Shown here in pieces: positions 21,026 to 30,073 of a stretch of DNA of 41,603 bases. Numbering within the stretch: the stretch's first letter is position 1; every line of letters begins with the position of its first letter. The notes under the pieces were generated by a model. It ran no database searches. It worked only from the letters and a program-made list of their open reading frames with translations, and had not been told where the DNA came from. The stretch lies in contig CAKZPH010000147.1 of assembly GCA_937138605.1 (NCBI GenBank), positions 1-41,603 of the forward strand, given 5' to 3'. The position numbers and the translations under genes were made by a program. The stretch is from an uncultured Ignavibacteriales bacterium (GTDB taxonomy: Bacteria; Bacteroidota; Ignavibacteria; Ch128b).

Positions 21026-22417
21026 CTATTTCCTGTTTACGTAAATATCTTCTCGTTTTAGTAACAATCTTAAATTGTGGTAATCTTTCTCCAAGTCAGT
21101 TTCATTTAAGTAATAGCCAACTTTAACACGATACATCAAACCAAATTCTGGGACGTTTGCCGATTCAACGAATGATCGATATCCTTTGTTCCTCAAATTT
21201 CTTGCAAATGAAAGGGCAAACTTTTCATCTTTTGTGGAACTTACCTGTATGTAAAAGTCGCCTTGAGCTTGTGCTTTCCTAGTAGAAGCAACTCTTTCTT
21301 TTACGACTTTACGCTTAATAGGCGTTTTTTTAGGTTCAACTGTTGAAATTAATTTAGACGTAGTTGTGGTTTCTTTTTTAGTCAAATCCTGGCTCTTAGT
21401 TGCTTTCTCTTCAACTTTTTCAGTTTCCGGTTGTTCTATAATCATACCTCGCTTTTCTTTTAACTCGCTTTCAGATGGTGTTTGGGCAAATTCATCAGGA
21501 GCAATTATAATCTTTTTTTGATCTGGACTTACTGGACGTTTTTCAACTACTACTGGTGGTGCAGTTTCTTTTTTTCTTTCAATCACCGGTTCTTTTTTTA
21601 TTTGTGTTACATCAGTGCTTAATGCCCAATATATTCCAACGCCAATAATTCCAAGAAACAGTAAAACTAAAGTGATCCACAAAGCTGGTGATCCTTCTCG
21701 TCTAATTAAATCTGAACTTGTCATCGAAGATAAATTCGGTGGAGGTGTATAAGACCCAGATCCAACTGATCCGGATGTTAAATCTTCCCCAAATGTAAAT
21801 TTAGGTTTTTCAGTGCCTTTATCTGGCATTTTTGTTACCTCCTCGTTTTTAGTTGTAAAATCTTTTTCAGAAATTTTTAATTCTTCTAATAACCCCTTTT
21901 CAGCATCTTTTTCAGTTGAATCTATGGATGACAAAATCTCCTCACCTATGCTCAACTCGTCTGATACTTCCCCCTCGAAATCGAAAAGTCCAACTTTTTC
22001 TTCTTCCAGGGAAATTTCCTCAGGACCCATCTCTGCTTCGGTAACTCTCTCTTTTTCCATCTCAGGTGAGATAATAGAAATTTTCTTTTCTATTTCTCTT
22101 TCTGAGCCTGGTTTCAAAATCTTAGGTTCTTCAGCAGCGTATTTAATATTTATTTCTTTAGCTAATTTTGATGAAGGTGAAAATCTTACAGTAAATTTCT
22201 CTGGTATTTCAATCTCTTTACCAAGAAGGGCACTATATCTCTTTGTAGCTTTAGTAATTTTGGGTAGAAAGGTTCCAAAATTCGATAAAAATACTTTTTC
22301 ACCATCTCTAAGTGCAACAATAATATGCTCAATAAGTTTTTGAAAAACTAATTCTACCTCTTTAATACTGGCACCTGTTTTTGTACTTACTTTTTCAATG
22401 AATTCAATCTTGTTCAT
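21026..22417 (-). CDS. HU-domain / acidic linker / TM / SPOR-domain protein
   Basis: N-terminal HU fold (MNKIEFIEKVS...GEKVFLSNFGTF...VRFSPSSKL), single TM (LWITLVLLFLGIIGVGIYW), C-terminal SPOR (FYIQVSS...LRNKGY...YRVKVG). Confidence 0.85.
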   Translation of the reverse strand: MNKIEFIEKVSTKTGASIKEVELVFQKLIEHIIVALRDGEKVFLSNFGTFLPKITKATKRYSALLGKEIEIPEKFTVRFSPSSKLAKEINIKYAAEEPKILKPGSEREIEKKISIISPEMEKERVTEAEMGPEEISLEEEKVGLFDFEGEVSDELSIGEEILSSIDSTEKDAEKGLLEELKISEKDFTTKNEEVTKMPDKGTEKPKFTFGEDLTSGSVGSGSYTPPPNLSSMTSSDLIRREGSPALWITLVLLFLGIIGVGIYWALSTDVTQIKKEPVIERKKETAPPVVVEKRPVSPDQKKIIIAPDEFAQTPSESELKEKRGMIIEQPETEKVEEKATKSQDLTKKETTTTSKLISTVEPKKTPIKRKVVKERVASTRKAQAQGDFYIQVSSTKDEKFALSFARNLRNKGYRSFVESANVPEFGLMYRVKVGYYLNETDLEKDYHNLRLLLKREDIYVNRK

Positions 22418-22686
22418 TCTTCAGTCTTAAAAATATTTTTAGATGGTTTGAAAATAAAAACCTCCTTAGGAGGTAATAACACTAAGTCACCAGTTTGAGG
22501 ATTAATGCCACGCTTCTCTTTTTTAAATTTTCTTTCAAACTTACCAAAATTATTAAATGTAATTGAACCATCTACTTTAACAACTTCGATTATCGTATCG
22601 AGTATACATTCAATTATTTCCTCAACTTTCTTCTGAGTAAGGTTGGTCTCGCTAGAAATAATTTTTTTTAAATCATCTTTTGTCAT
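22414..22686 (-). CDS. HU/IHF-family DNA-binding protein
   Basis: MTKDDL, NFGKF, GINPQTG, FKPSK; 90 aa. Confidence 0.92.
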   Translation of the reverse strand: MTKDDLKKIISSETNLTQKKVEEIIECILDTIIEVVKVDGSITFNNFGKFERKFKKEKRGINPQTGDLVLLPPKEVFIFKPSKNIFKTEE

Positions 22687-24293
22687 TAAAACCTCAACTT
22701 TAAAATTAACTCAAAATCAAAAGGTCTTTGTAAATAATTAAACCATCGTTCGTTATTTTTGTTCAATATATTGTTTAGTCCAAGTTCCAAATCAATTAAA
22801 TCAGAAATCATATAATTAAAACCAATGCTCAAATTCAGTGTCGGGTCAATACTAATTTGATTGTTTATATCTGCATAACTACGTGAATAATACAAAAAAC
22901 TTAATCTTAAATAAAGTGGAAATTCAAATTTATACGTATAAGTTAAGTTTAGATTTAGGTTTGGTGTGTGAGGTGTATTTTTCGTGTTATCCTTGAGTTT
23001 TGAAGAGATATAATTAATATTCAAAATGAAATTACCTGACTTGTTTAAATCAATAAAGAGACTTGTATTCAAGTCTAATACTTCAACATTACGTTTTACT
23101 ATATTAAAAAATCCCTGCACAGAATTTTTGGGAATAAAAATATTTTTACCCGCCACATCATAACGAGCAAATTCCAATTTTATGTTACTTAAATGGGTAA
23201 AATATATTATTGTGCTAAACCCAAATTTATTTTTTATTCTTTCAATTGAATAATTGTAATTAACTGTATCTAAATAAGGATTTATTTTCCAAAGTTGTGA
23301 AGGTGTGTAGTTTAACAATTTGTTTGAATAAAACAGTGAAAGTGACCAGTAATCACTTAATCCAATACCAAGACTTGCACTTGGAGCTAAAAATTGCTTA
23401 CCATCATCTCTTTCAGATTGATAATCCAGGCCAATAATAATGTTTATAATTTTAAGTAACCGTCTTAAATACATTTCTCCATTGGCATTTAAAATTAAGG
23501 TATTGAATGTTTTCCAAGTTGACCTTTTATAGAGATATGGATTTACGTTTGCAGTTATTTCAAAATGTTCAAATGTCGATTTTAACTTTCCATAAGGTGA
23601 AAAAGTAAAGAATGAAAATCCACTTCTACTTAAACTTTGATATTCAATTTGCCCACCCAAAGATAAGTTGAATTCTCTCCAAAAAAGATTCTCAAATTCA
23701 GATTTAATTTGAAATTTAGAATTAACTTCTTTTCCAACTGAATCAGGATTCAATGCCTTGAAGTTATAATAACTGAATCGAGTAAAATCAGTTCGTAACT
23801 TTAAACGGGCTGGTGGTTCTCCTTCTTTTTCAATTATTAACGAACCTAATGCATTTAAATTTAATAACGAATGCCTTGAATACTTTACATAATCACGAAT
23901 GTTTTCAAAATCTCCACCAAAATTAATATCAACCGAACTTATCTTTCCAGAATAGAAAACTTCGGTTTTTGGTAATGAATACAAACCAGCAACCAATTTA
24001 GCCCTAGCATAATATTTTTTTGAAGTATCTAATATTGATGGTTGTAATTTTGTTGGGTCTGTTAAACCTTCAAGTTTTAAATCCTCTACTCCTATTCGAG
24101 ATAAAATAAATTCTGGAGATAATGGAGTAATTAATTCTGGAGTTGCCTTTTCTTGAACAGGCACATCAACTTGAGCTTGACCTGTTATAACAAAATCAGG
24201 AAGCTCTATTTCTGGAATTCTGGATCTAACGGTATCTTGTTGTGTGAATAATACTGAAAATAAAACTAAGTGTAAGACTAAAACCTTTTTCAT
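22686..24293 (-). CDS. Outer-membrane beta-barrel, TonB-dependent-receptor-like
   Basis: Signal peptide, TonB-box-like ELPDFVITG, amphipathic strands, C-terminal LNNILNK...LILKLRF. Confidence 0.72.
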   Translation of the reverse strand: MKKVLVLHLVLFSVLFTQQDTVRSRIPEIELPDFVITGQAQVDVPVQEKATPELITPLSPEFILSRIGVEDLKLEGLTDPTKLQPSILDTSKKYYARAKLVAGLYSLPKTEVFYSGKISSVDINFGGDFENIRDYVKYSRHSLLNLNALGSLIIEKEGEPPARLKLRTDFTRFSYYNFKALNPDSVGKEVNSKFQIKSEFENLFWREFNLSLGGQIEYQSLSRSGFSFFTFSPYGKLKSTFEHFEITANVNPYLYKRSTWKTFNTLILNANGEMYLRRLLKIINIIIGLDYQSERDDGKQFLAPSASLGIGLSDYWSLSLFYSNKLLNYTPSQLWKINPYLDTVNYNYSIERIKNKFGFSTIIYFTHLSNIKLEFARYDVAGKNIFIPKNSVQGFFNIVKRNVEVLDLNTSLFIDLNKSGNFILNINYISSKLKDNTKNTPHTPNLNLNLTYTYKFEFPLYLRLSFLYYSRSYADINNQISIDPTLNLSIGFNYMISDLIDLELGLNNILNKNNERWFNYLQRPFDFELILKLRF

Positions 24294-27262
24294 CTTAAAC
24301 GCCTCAGCCTATTTTTTGCTTCTTTACCAAGTTGACCACTCGAATCCAACTTAATAACTTCATTATAGAATTCTCTCGCTTTCACCTTGTTTTTCAAAGC
24401 TTCATAACTTTCAGCAATTTTGAAAAAGCCCTTTATTAACCAATCAGTGTGTCCAGCAAAAGCATATCTTAATTTCAAAAATTCTGAAATAGCGTCGTTA
24501 TATTTTTTTTGTCTAAAATAAATTTCACCGATAAGATATTGACCTTCTGCACCAAATTCATCATTACGTAGTTCAACCACCTTCTTAAAATAATTAATTG
24601 CTGAATCAGGTCTAACTTCCCTTTCCAATTTTCCAATTTCAAATAAAGCTCGGGAATAAAAACCCGACTCTTGATATGTTTTAATTATTTTATCGAATAT
24701 AATTTTTGCTTGAGCTACTTCACCTTGTTCTAAATGACTTTTTGCTAACCAATAATTTGCTTCCGCCACTAAATTTGATTGTGAATAATTGTTTATGAGC
24801 GATTGATAACTCTTAATAGCAGCATCTAAATCCCCTTTCAAACGAAAAATATTTCCCGTTTCCAGAATGGCATCGTCTGTTAACTCATCTCCAGAATAAT
24901 TTCGAATAACTATTGAAAGATTATAAAGTGCATCATCATACGATTTAAGTTGAATGAATGCTTTGGCAATTGAATAATATGCAATGGTTACTAATGAACT
25001 TGTCGGGAAGAAAGAGATAAACTCACGATAACTTGCAATAGCTTCTTGAAATCTTCTCTGAGATAAATACAGATCTCCTTTTTTAATTAAAAGCCTGTCC
25101 AGGTTTTTAACATTTGGATTGGAGTATACAAATTTTGTAATAGCATCAGCAGCCTCTTCAATCTTACCTTGAGAAACATACGCATATTGAATACCATTTA
25201 TTGCATCAATTACAAAATCTGAATTAGGATAATCCCTTAAAACAATATTATAGTTTTCAATTGCTTTATCATATTTACCTTGATTAAAATATGCATCACC
25301 AATTGAATAATAGACTAAGGGTATAATCGGGGACATAGAATGATTTACTATGACTTTTTGATAATCTTCTATACTTGAATCGTACTTACCTAATTTAAAT
25401 TTAATCCAACCAATTAAGTATTGAACTTCATCAGCGTATTTTGAGAAAGGATACTTTCTTAAGAGCTCCATTAATTCGTGGATTGCTCCATCTAAATTTC
25501 CAGCACGATATAATGCCTGAGCTAATTGATACGAAACATAATCACTTGACTTTGCTTCTGGATCCGAAAAATAACTCCTATAAATCTCAATAGCCATTTT
25601 AAAGTTTTTCAACCCGTAATAAGCATCAGCAAGACGCAACTTTACCTCATTTAATAAAGGAGAATAAGTAAATTTCTCTAAAAACTGTTGAGCATATTTT
25701 ACTACGTTCGAATAGTCTTTTCTATTAAAATTCGAATATATAATTCCATACAAAGATAATTCTTTAAGGTCGTCATCCTGAGTTGTCTTTATAACCTGCT
25801 CATAGTTTTTTATGGCCTCACTATACTTGTTTTGAGCAAATAAACATTCGGCAAGATAAAATCTTACTTTGTCTATTTCTCCCGGATTTTTAAGCGTTAA
25901 AATTCTATTCAAAACTGAAGTAGCTACTACGAAGTTGTTCAAGTAATAATTTGCAGTTGCAAGTCCAAGAAGAGCTAAGGTATAATGATTGTTATTTTCA
26001 TTAAGGAGACTAATAGCAATTTCATAGTGAGTTTTCGCCAAGGCAAAATTTTTTCTTTCAAGAGCAATTGCACCAAGAACAATGTTTGAATTCGATTTAA
26101 TCGTGTCATCCGTAGAATCTTCTAATAAGCTCAATAAATAACTTTCAGCAACTTGAAATCTCTTTAATTCAAAATAAATGATTCCAATTTGATATTTTGC
26201 ATGAGTAGAATATATGTGATCAGGATATTTTTCAATATATGATTTGAATTCTTCAATGGCTTGGATATTTTGACTCATATTTCTACTGATGTAACCAAGC
26301 CAATAGCTTGATCTTTCAGCTAATGAATCATTGCCTAAACTTAAATCCTTTAATATTCGATGAGTTTGTTCGAACCTATTTTGTTGATAAAATGACCATG
26401 CTAAACCATATTTAGATGGTCTCACCATTTTTGAATTAGGAAATCTATTAATAACATTTTGAAATTCAACTTGAGCGTCGTAAAATCTCCCCAATTTATA
26501 ATAACTATTAGCAAGAATATAGTAAGCCTCTGCAAGGTCTAGATTTGAGAGTTGTTTGATTTTTGGATCTGTTAATCTTTGAACTGCTCTTTGGTAATTA
26601 CCTAGATTATAATATGTGAACGCTACTCGTACCAACGCCATTGGAGTAATTTGAGATTCAGGAAATTCATTTAAAAGCTTATCATAGTAAATTTCGGCTC
26701 TGTCGTAAAGTTTTTTTTGTTCATAAACGAAACCTAAAGAAAAAAGAGTATGATCAATTTTTGAATTTGTTTTGGAATTATTTAATGCTTCCAGATAACA
26801 TCTTTCTGCAGCAACAATATCGTTTAATGCCATATAAACTTCACCAAGCCAATAGTAAGCAAGTCCATAATATTTACTGAAAGTCAGCTCATTGATAAAT
26901 TTTTGTAAGTAATTTTTAGCGACATTATAGTTCCCAGCTTTATGATTAATTTGACCTAAACGAAGAAGAGCTAAATCATAATTTCTATCATGTGGAAATT
27001 TGATTCGATAATTTTCAAATTCAAGATTTGCCTCGAAAAATTCATTCTGTCTAAACTTAATTTCACCTAGAAGAAAATGTATTTGTGCCCGATTCTCTAT
27101 AGAGAAGGATTCATCATTTTTTAACTCTTCCAAAATTTTATATGCTTCACTAAGATGACCTCGAGTATAAAGGTTTATCGCTCTTTCGTATAGGTCAAAT
27201 CTAACTTGAGAGTATGATGGTAAAAAAATTAACAGAAGTAATAATACAATTAGGCGTTTCAT
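24290..27262 (-). CDS. Large exported tetratricopeptide-repeat protein (BamD/CpoB-like repeats)
   Basis: Signal peptide; many A-x-Y-x-L-G/A...A...Y/F...YP-x-S repeats over 990 aa. Confidence 0.9.
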   Translation of the reverse strand: MKRLIVLLLLLIFLPSYSQVRFDLYERAINLYTRGHLSEAYKILEELKNDESFSIENRAQIHFLLGEIKFRQNEFFEANLEFENYRIKFPHDRNYDLALLRLGQINHKAGNYNVAKNYLQKFINELTFSKYYGLAYYWLGEVYMALNDIVAAERCYLEALNNSKTNSKIDHTLFSLGFVYEQKKLYDRAEIYYDKLLNEFPESQITPMALVRVAFTYYNLGNYQRAVQRLTDPKIKQLSNLDLAEAYYILANSYYKLGRFYDAQVEFQNVINRFPNSKMVRPSKYGLAWSFYQQNRFEQTHRILKDLSLGNDSLAERSSYWLGYISRNMSQNIQAIEEFKSYIEKYPDHIYSTHAKYQIGIIYFELKRFQVAESYLLSLLEDSTDDTIKSNSNIVLGAIALERKNFALAKTHYEIAISLLNENNNHYTLALLGLATANYYLNNFVVATSVLNRILTLKNPGEIDKVRFYLAECLFAQNKYSEAIKNYEQVIKTTQDDDLKELSLYGIIYSNFNRKDYSNVVKYAQQFLEKFTYSPLLNEVKLRLADAYYGLKNFKMAIEIYRSYFSDPEAKSSDYVSYQLAQALYRAGNLDGAIHELMELLRKYPFSKYADEVQYLIGWIKFKLGKYDSSIEDYQKVIVNHSMSPIIPLVYYSIGDAYFNQGKYDKAIENYNIVLRDYPNSDFVIDAINGIQYAYVSQGKIEEAADAITKFVYSNPNVKNLDRLLIKKGDLYLSQRRFQEAIASYREFISFFPTSSLVTIAYYSIAKAFIQLKSYDDALYNLSIVIRNYSGDELTDDAILETGNIFRLKGDLDAAIKSYQSLINNYSQSNLVAEANYWLAKSHLEQGEVAQAKIIFDKIIKTYQESGFYSRALFEIGKLEREVRPDSAINYFKKVVELRNDEFGAEGQYLIGEIYFRQKKYNDAISEFLKLRYAFAGHTDWLIKGFFKIAESYEALKNKVKAREFYNEVIKLDSSGQLGKEAKNRLRRLR

Positions 27263-28737
27263 AAAATCAAAAATAGAAAATAGATTTTACTAAGTAAAAG
27301 AACTGATGAGAAGTTCACAAAATCGTTATTAATAAACGTCAATCCTTTATAATATTCAGTTGAAGAGTCACAATGAATTAATTTCTCCGTCATTTTCCAG
27401 CATTTTTTACAGCGATAAGTCACCTGAAGTGTTGCACCAAGAAAACTATCGAACAAATTTCCTAAAGTTGCAAAGATGTTGATAATAATAAGATCACTTA
27501 TAAGAAACTGATGAAAAAGCATTGCACAAAAAGTAATGGTAATTGATCCCAGCAACCCACCCAAAGTACCAACTAACGAAATTCCACCAGAAATACCTGC
27601 CTCAACCCGAGCGAAATTTGTGATTAAAAAGATGTTCTTAGCGAAAAGAGTTCCAATTTCTGTTGACCATGTGTCAGCCATTGCGATAGCAATGGAGAGG
27701 ATATAAATGAAATACCAGTTTGTTAAATCAGGAAAAAGATAATTCAATAAGCTAATCATCAAAGGAACGCCACCATTAGCAAGAACTTGAAACATATCAC
27801 GCTTACTTCCTTTATTAAAAACGTCATTTAATTCTTTACTTCGATAAAACTCGCTGAATTTAGAAAGAACAGAAGATAAAATAAAAAATGTTAAAATCGG
27901 TATTGTCCACGTCCAGCTTCCCAAACCAAAAATGAACAAGGCAAGAATAAAGGTTACAAACGATCCACTTAAAGAAAGCAATTTATATTTCAATGATATC
28001 AATGAAATTAAAAAGGCAAGAAAAGAAGCTAATAAGAAATTAGGGAGATCAATTCCTTTATGAAAAAATATAAACCCTATGAAGGCTAAAACTACAGGTA
28101 AGTAAAGATTATCTGTGCCTTTTGAACTTAATGCCTCGACTATTCCTGCAATAATTGAAGTCATAAGAGCAAGAAATAAAAAACTTAAAAAATCATACTT
28201 AATAAAATTCAAATAATCATAGAACGTATACCTCAGGAAAATCAGTACTAGTAAACTCGAAATAATTGTGGCAAATAAACCATTAAAAGTTTTAGGTTCA
28301 CCGTGTATTTTAAGATAACGTTTAATTTTTGCACCTGTACCAACTAATCCAGCGGCAGCATCGCTAATCGAAAAAATAAAAAAGCTAAAGGCAAGAATAT
28401 ATTTGTTTACATTCCAGAAAATCAGAACAATAATCAAAAAAGCAAGAGGATAATAAAAAATTCCCAAATGAGTTGTCAGATTACCGTCAATTTGTTTTAA
28501 TATTTTTCTTTTGATTAAAATGTAATTTAATAATGAAAAAACAAGTCCAATAAAAACCATAATTCCGAAAGAATTGATCAAAAAAGTTGCAAGTATAACA
28601 ACAAACCCGGTTGTTATATGAAGAGTTTTTCTAGCTACTATTTTAGAAATAACCTCTTTTCTAGCTAAGAATTCCAACAAAACAATTAGAAGAATAGTAA
28701 TACCAGAGAGAATTAATAAATTAGTATATTCCTTCAT
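27259..28737 (-). CDS. Phytol/dolichol-kinase-like domain fused to DUF92 (TMEM19/VTE6-like) membrane domain
   Basis: N-half RKTLH, SISDAAAGLVG, KTFNG, GTDNLYLP; C-half QVLANGG, ADTWSTEIG, GISGGIS, DSFLGATLQ, NNDFVNF. Confidence 0.85.
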   Translation of the reverse strand: MKEYTNLLILSGITILLIVLLEFLARKEVISKIVARKTLHITTGFVVILATFLINSFGIMVFIGLVFSLLNYILIKRKILKQIDGNLTTHLGIFYYPLAFLIIVLIFWNVNKYILAFSFFIFSISDAAAGLVGTGAKIKRYLKIHGEPKTFNGLFATIISSLLVLIFLRYTFYDYLNFIKYDFLSFLFLALMTSIIAGIVEALSSKGTDNLYLPVVLAFIGFIFFHKGIDLPNFLLASFLAFLISLISLKYKLLSLSGSFVTFILALFIFGLGSWTWTIPILTFFILSSVLSKFSEFYRSKELNDVFNKGSKRDMFQVLANGGVPLMISLLNYLFPDLTNWYFIYILSIAIAMADTWSTEIGTLFAKNIFLITNFARVEAGISGGISLVGTLGGLLGSITITFCAMLFHQFLISDLIIINIFATLGNLFDSFLGATLQVTYRCKKCWKMTEKLIHCDSSTEYYKGLTFINNDFVNFSSVLLLSKIYFLFLIL

Positions 28738-28789
28738 AAATTTTTAGAAAATAACTTGCCTTATTGATAATAACAAATAAAAGCATCTA

Positions 28790-28817
28790 AAACTGAAACC
28801 GCCTCTTTTCGAGGCGG
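28790..28817 (-). terminator. Probable intrinsic terminator after the small TPR gene
   Basis: Minus strand CCGCCTC-GAAAA-GAGGCGG (28817-28799) followed by TTTCAGTTTT. Confidence 0.75.
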
Positions 28818-28827
28818 CTAGAGGATT

Positions 28828-29589
28828 TTATTGTTTAGGGAGGTTCTTCAACTCGTAATCACAAACTTGTCTATAGGTAGGATCCTTCTTACCTTCTTCA
28901 AAGGCAACTTTTGCTTCGCTAAATTTACCTAAAAATTTTAACGCTAAACCTTTATAGTAATATATCCCACCTTTTGGAATAGAACTTCTGTATTTAAGGG
29001 CATTATCAGCTGCAGAAATCGCATCATCGTATTTCCCTTTTTCTATGTATGAACGGGCAAGAGCAAGATAAGCCGCATCATTTTTAGGCTGGTATTTTAA
29101 AGCCTTGTTTAGATTTTCAATTGCTTTATCGTACTCAAAATTTTTAAGATTAATATCAGCAAGTTTTGTGTAAGAGAGCGATATATTTTTCTCAACTTGA
29201 GATTTTAATTGTGCATTTTTTGTCAGTTCAAGAGTTTTAGAAAAGTGATTAATTGCTTCATCATAATTTCCTCGAGTAAATTCAAGTGTACCAAGTGCAT
29301 TGTAAGCCAAATCAAAATCCGGTTTTAATTCAATTACTTGTTTTAAGTCAGAATATGCTTCACTTAATTTATTTTGTTTTCTTAAAGCAATACCTTTTTG
29401 ATAAAGAATACGATAATCTTTTTGTATCTCAAGTGCTTTGTTATATGCTAAAATAGCTGCAGCGATATTTCCTTCTTTTAATTTTTGATTTCCTTCATTA
29501 TAAAACTTTGCTGCATCCGGGTTCATATCTTGAGCAAAAATTACTGTTACAAATAAAAACAATAAAAGATGAGCCTTTATGTATTTCAT
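28828..29589 (-). CDS. Exported TPR protein
   Basis: Signal peptide (VIFAQ), about six TPR motifs, AAGGAG ribosome-binding site upstream. Confidence 0.88.
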   Translation of the reverse strand: MKYIKAHLLLFLFVTVIFAQDMNPDAAKFYNEGNQKLKEGNIAAAILAYNKALEIQKDYRILYQKGIALRKQNKLSEAYSDLKQVIELKPDFDLAYNALGTLEFTRGNYDEAINHFSKTLELTKNAQLKSQVEKNISLSYTKLADINLKNFEYDKAIENLNKALKYQPKNDAAYLALARSYIEKGKYDDAISAADNALKYRSSIPKGGIYYYKGLALKFLGKFSEAKVAFEEGKKDPTYRQVCDYELKNLPKQ

Positions 29590-29644
29590 AACTATCTCCT
29601 TTTTATAAATTTAACGGGAAAACTTAACTCTACAATAAAATTAG

Positions 29645-29727
29645 TGCGGAAGGCGGGACTTGAACCCGCACGCCTACGCGGCGCCACCCCCTCAAGATGG
29701 TGTGTCTACCAATTCCACCACTTCCGC
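29645..29727 (-). tRNA. tRNA-Leu (GAG)
   Basis: Acceptor GCGGAAG/CTTCCGC, A73, anticodon loop TTGAGGG, long variable arm, T-loop TTCAAGT. Confidence 0.96.
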
Positions 29728-29739
29728 AAAGAACTGCTG

Positions 29740-29770
29740 CAAAATTATAATATCGTGAATATTTTTACAA
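29740..29770 (-). promoter_or_regulatory. Putative tRNA-Leu promoter
   Basis: Minus strand TTG-20nt-TAATTTTG (overlapping a TATAAT), ending 12 nt before the tRNA. Confidence 0.5.
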
Positions 29771-30022
29771 GAGCATTTTTACTGTTGTTCCATAACTTCC
29801 AGCGATTAAACAAAATAAAAATTTATTCCAATTTAATTAGTAAACCACCAAAAGGACATTTCATATAGCACTAAAAAAGTTAACATCAAACTAAAACATT
29901 TTTAATCAGATAGGTACTTGATATATCTTTAAATCAAAATAATTTTCAGAAGATCAACCTTGTATTGTAAAAATGATATCAAAAACTTCCAATTGATCAA
30001 ATACATCATTCATCCTAACTTT

Positions 30023-30050
30023 TTGATTAAGTAACATTTACTTAAGTTTG
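30023..30050 (+). promoter_or_regulatory. Putative yicC-gmk promoter containing a perfect inverted repeat
   Basis: TTG-17nt-TAAGTTTG; TTAAGTAA-cat-TTACTTAA at 30027-30045. Confidence 0.45.
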
Positions 30051-30073
30051 CTAATTAAGTATCGGCAAATCAA

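Noticed and set aside
21813-22343. 176 aa Ser-rich plus-strand ORF
   Set aside because: Antisense shadow of the Glu/Lys-rich HU-SPOR coding strand; no independent motif.
29590-29727. tRNA-Leu (and other tRNAs) as island integration sites
   Set aside because: No integrase, no duplicated tRNA 3' end and no obvious compositional break seen.
29569-29868. 99 aa plus-strand ORF
   Set aside because: Runs antisense through tRNA-Leu and its promoter; typical spurious call.
29728-30073. Possible oriC at the strand switch
   Set aside because: No TTATCCACA-like box cluster; divergent promoters explain the gap.
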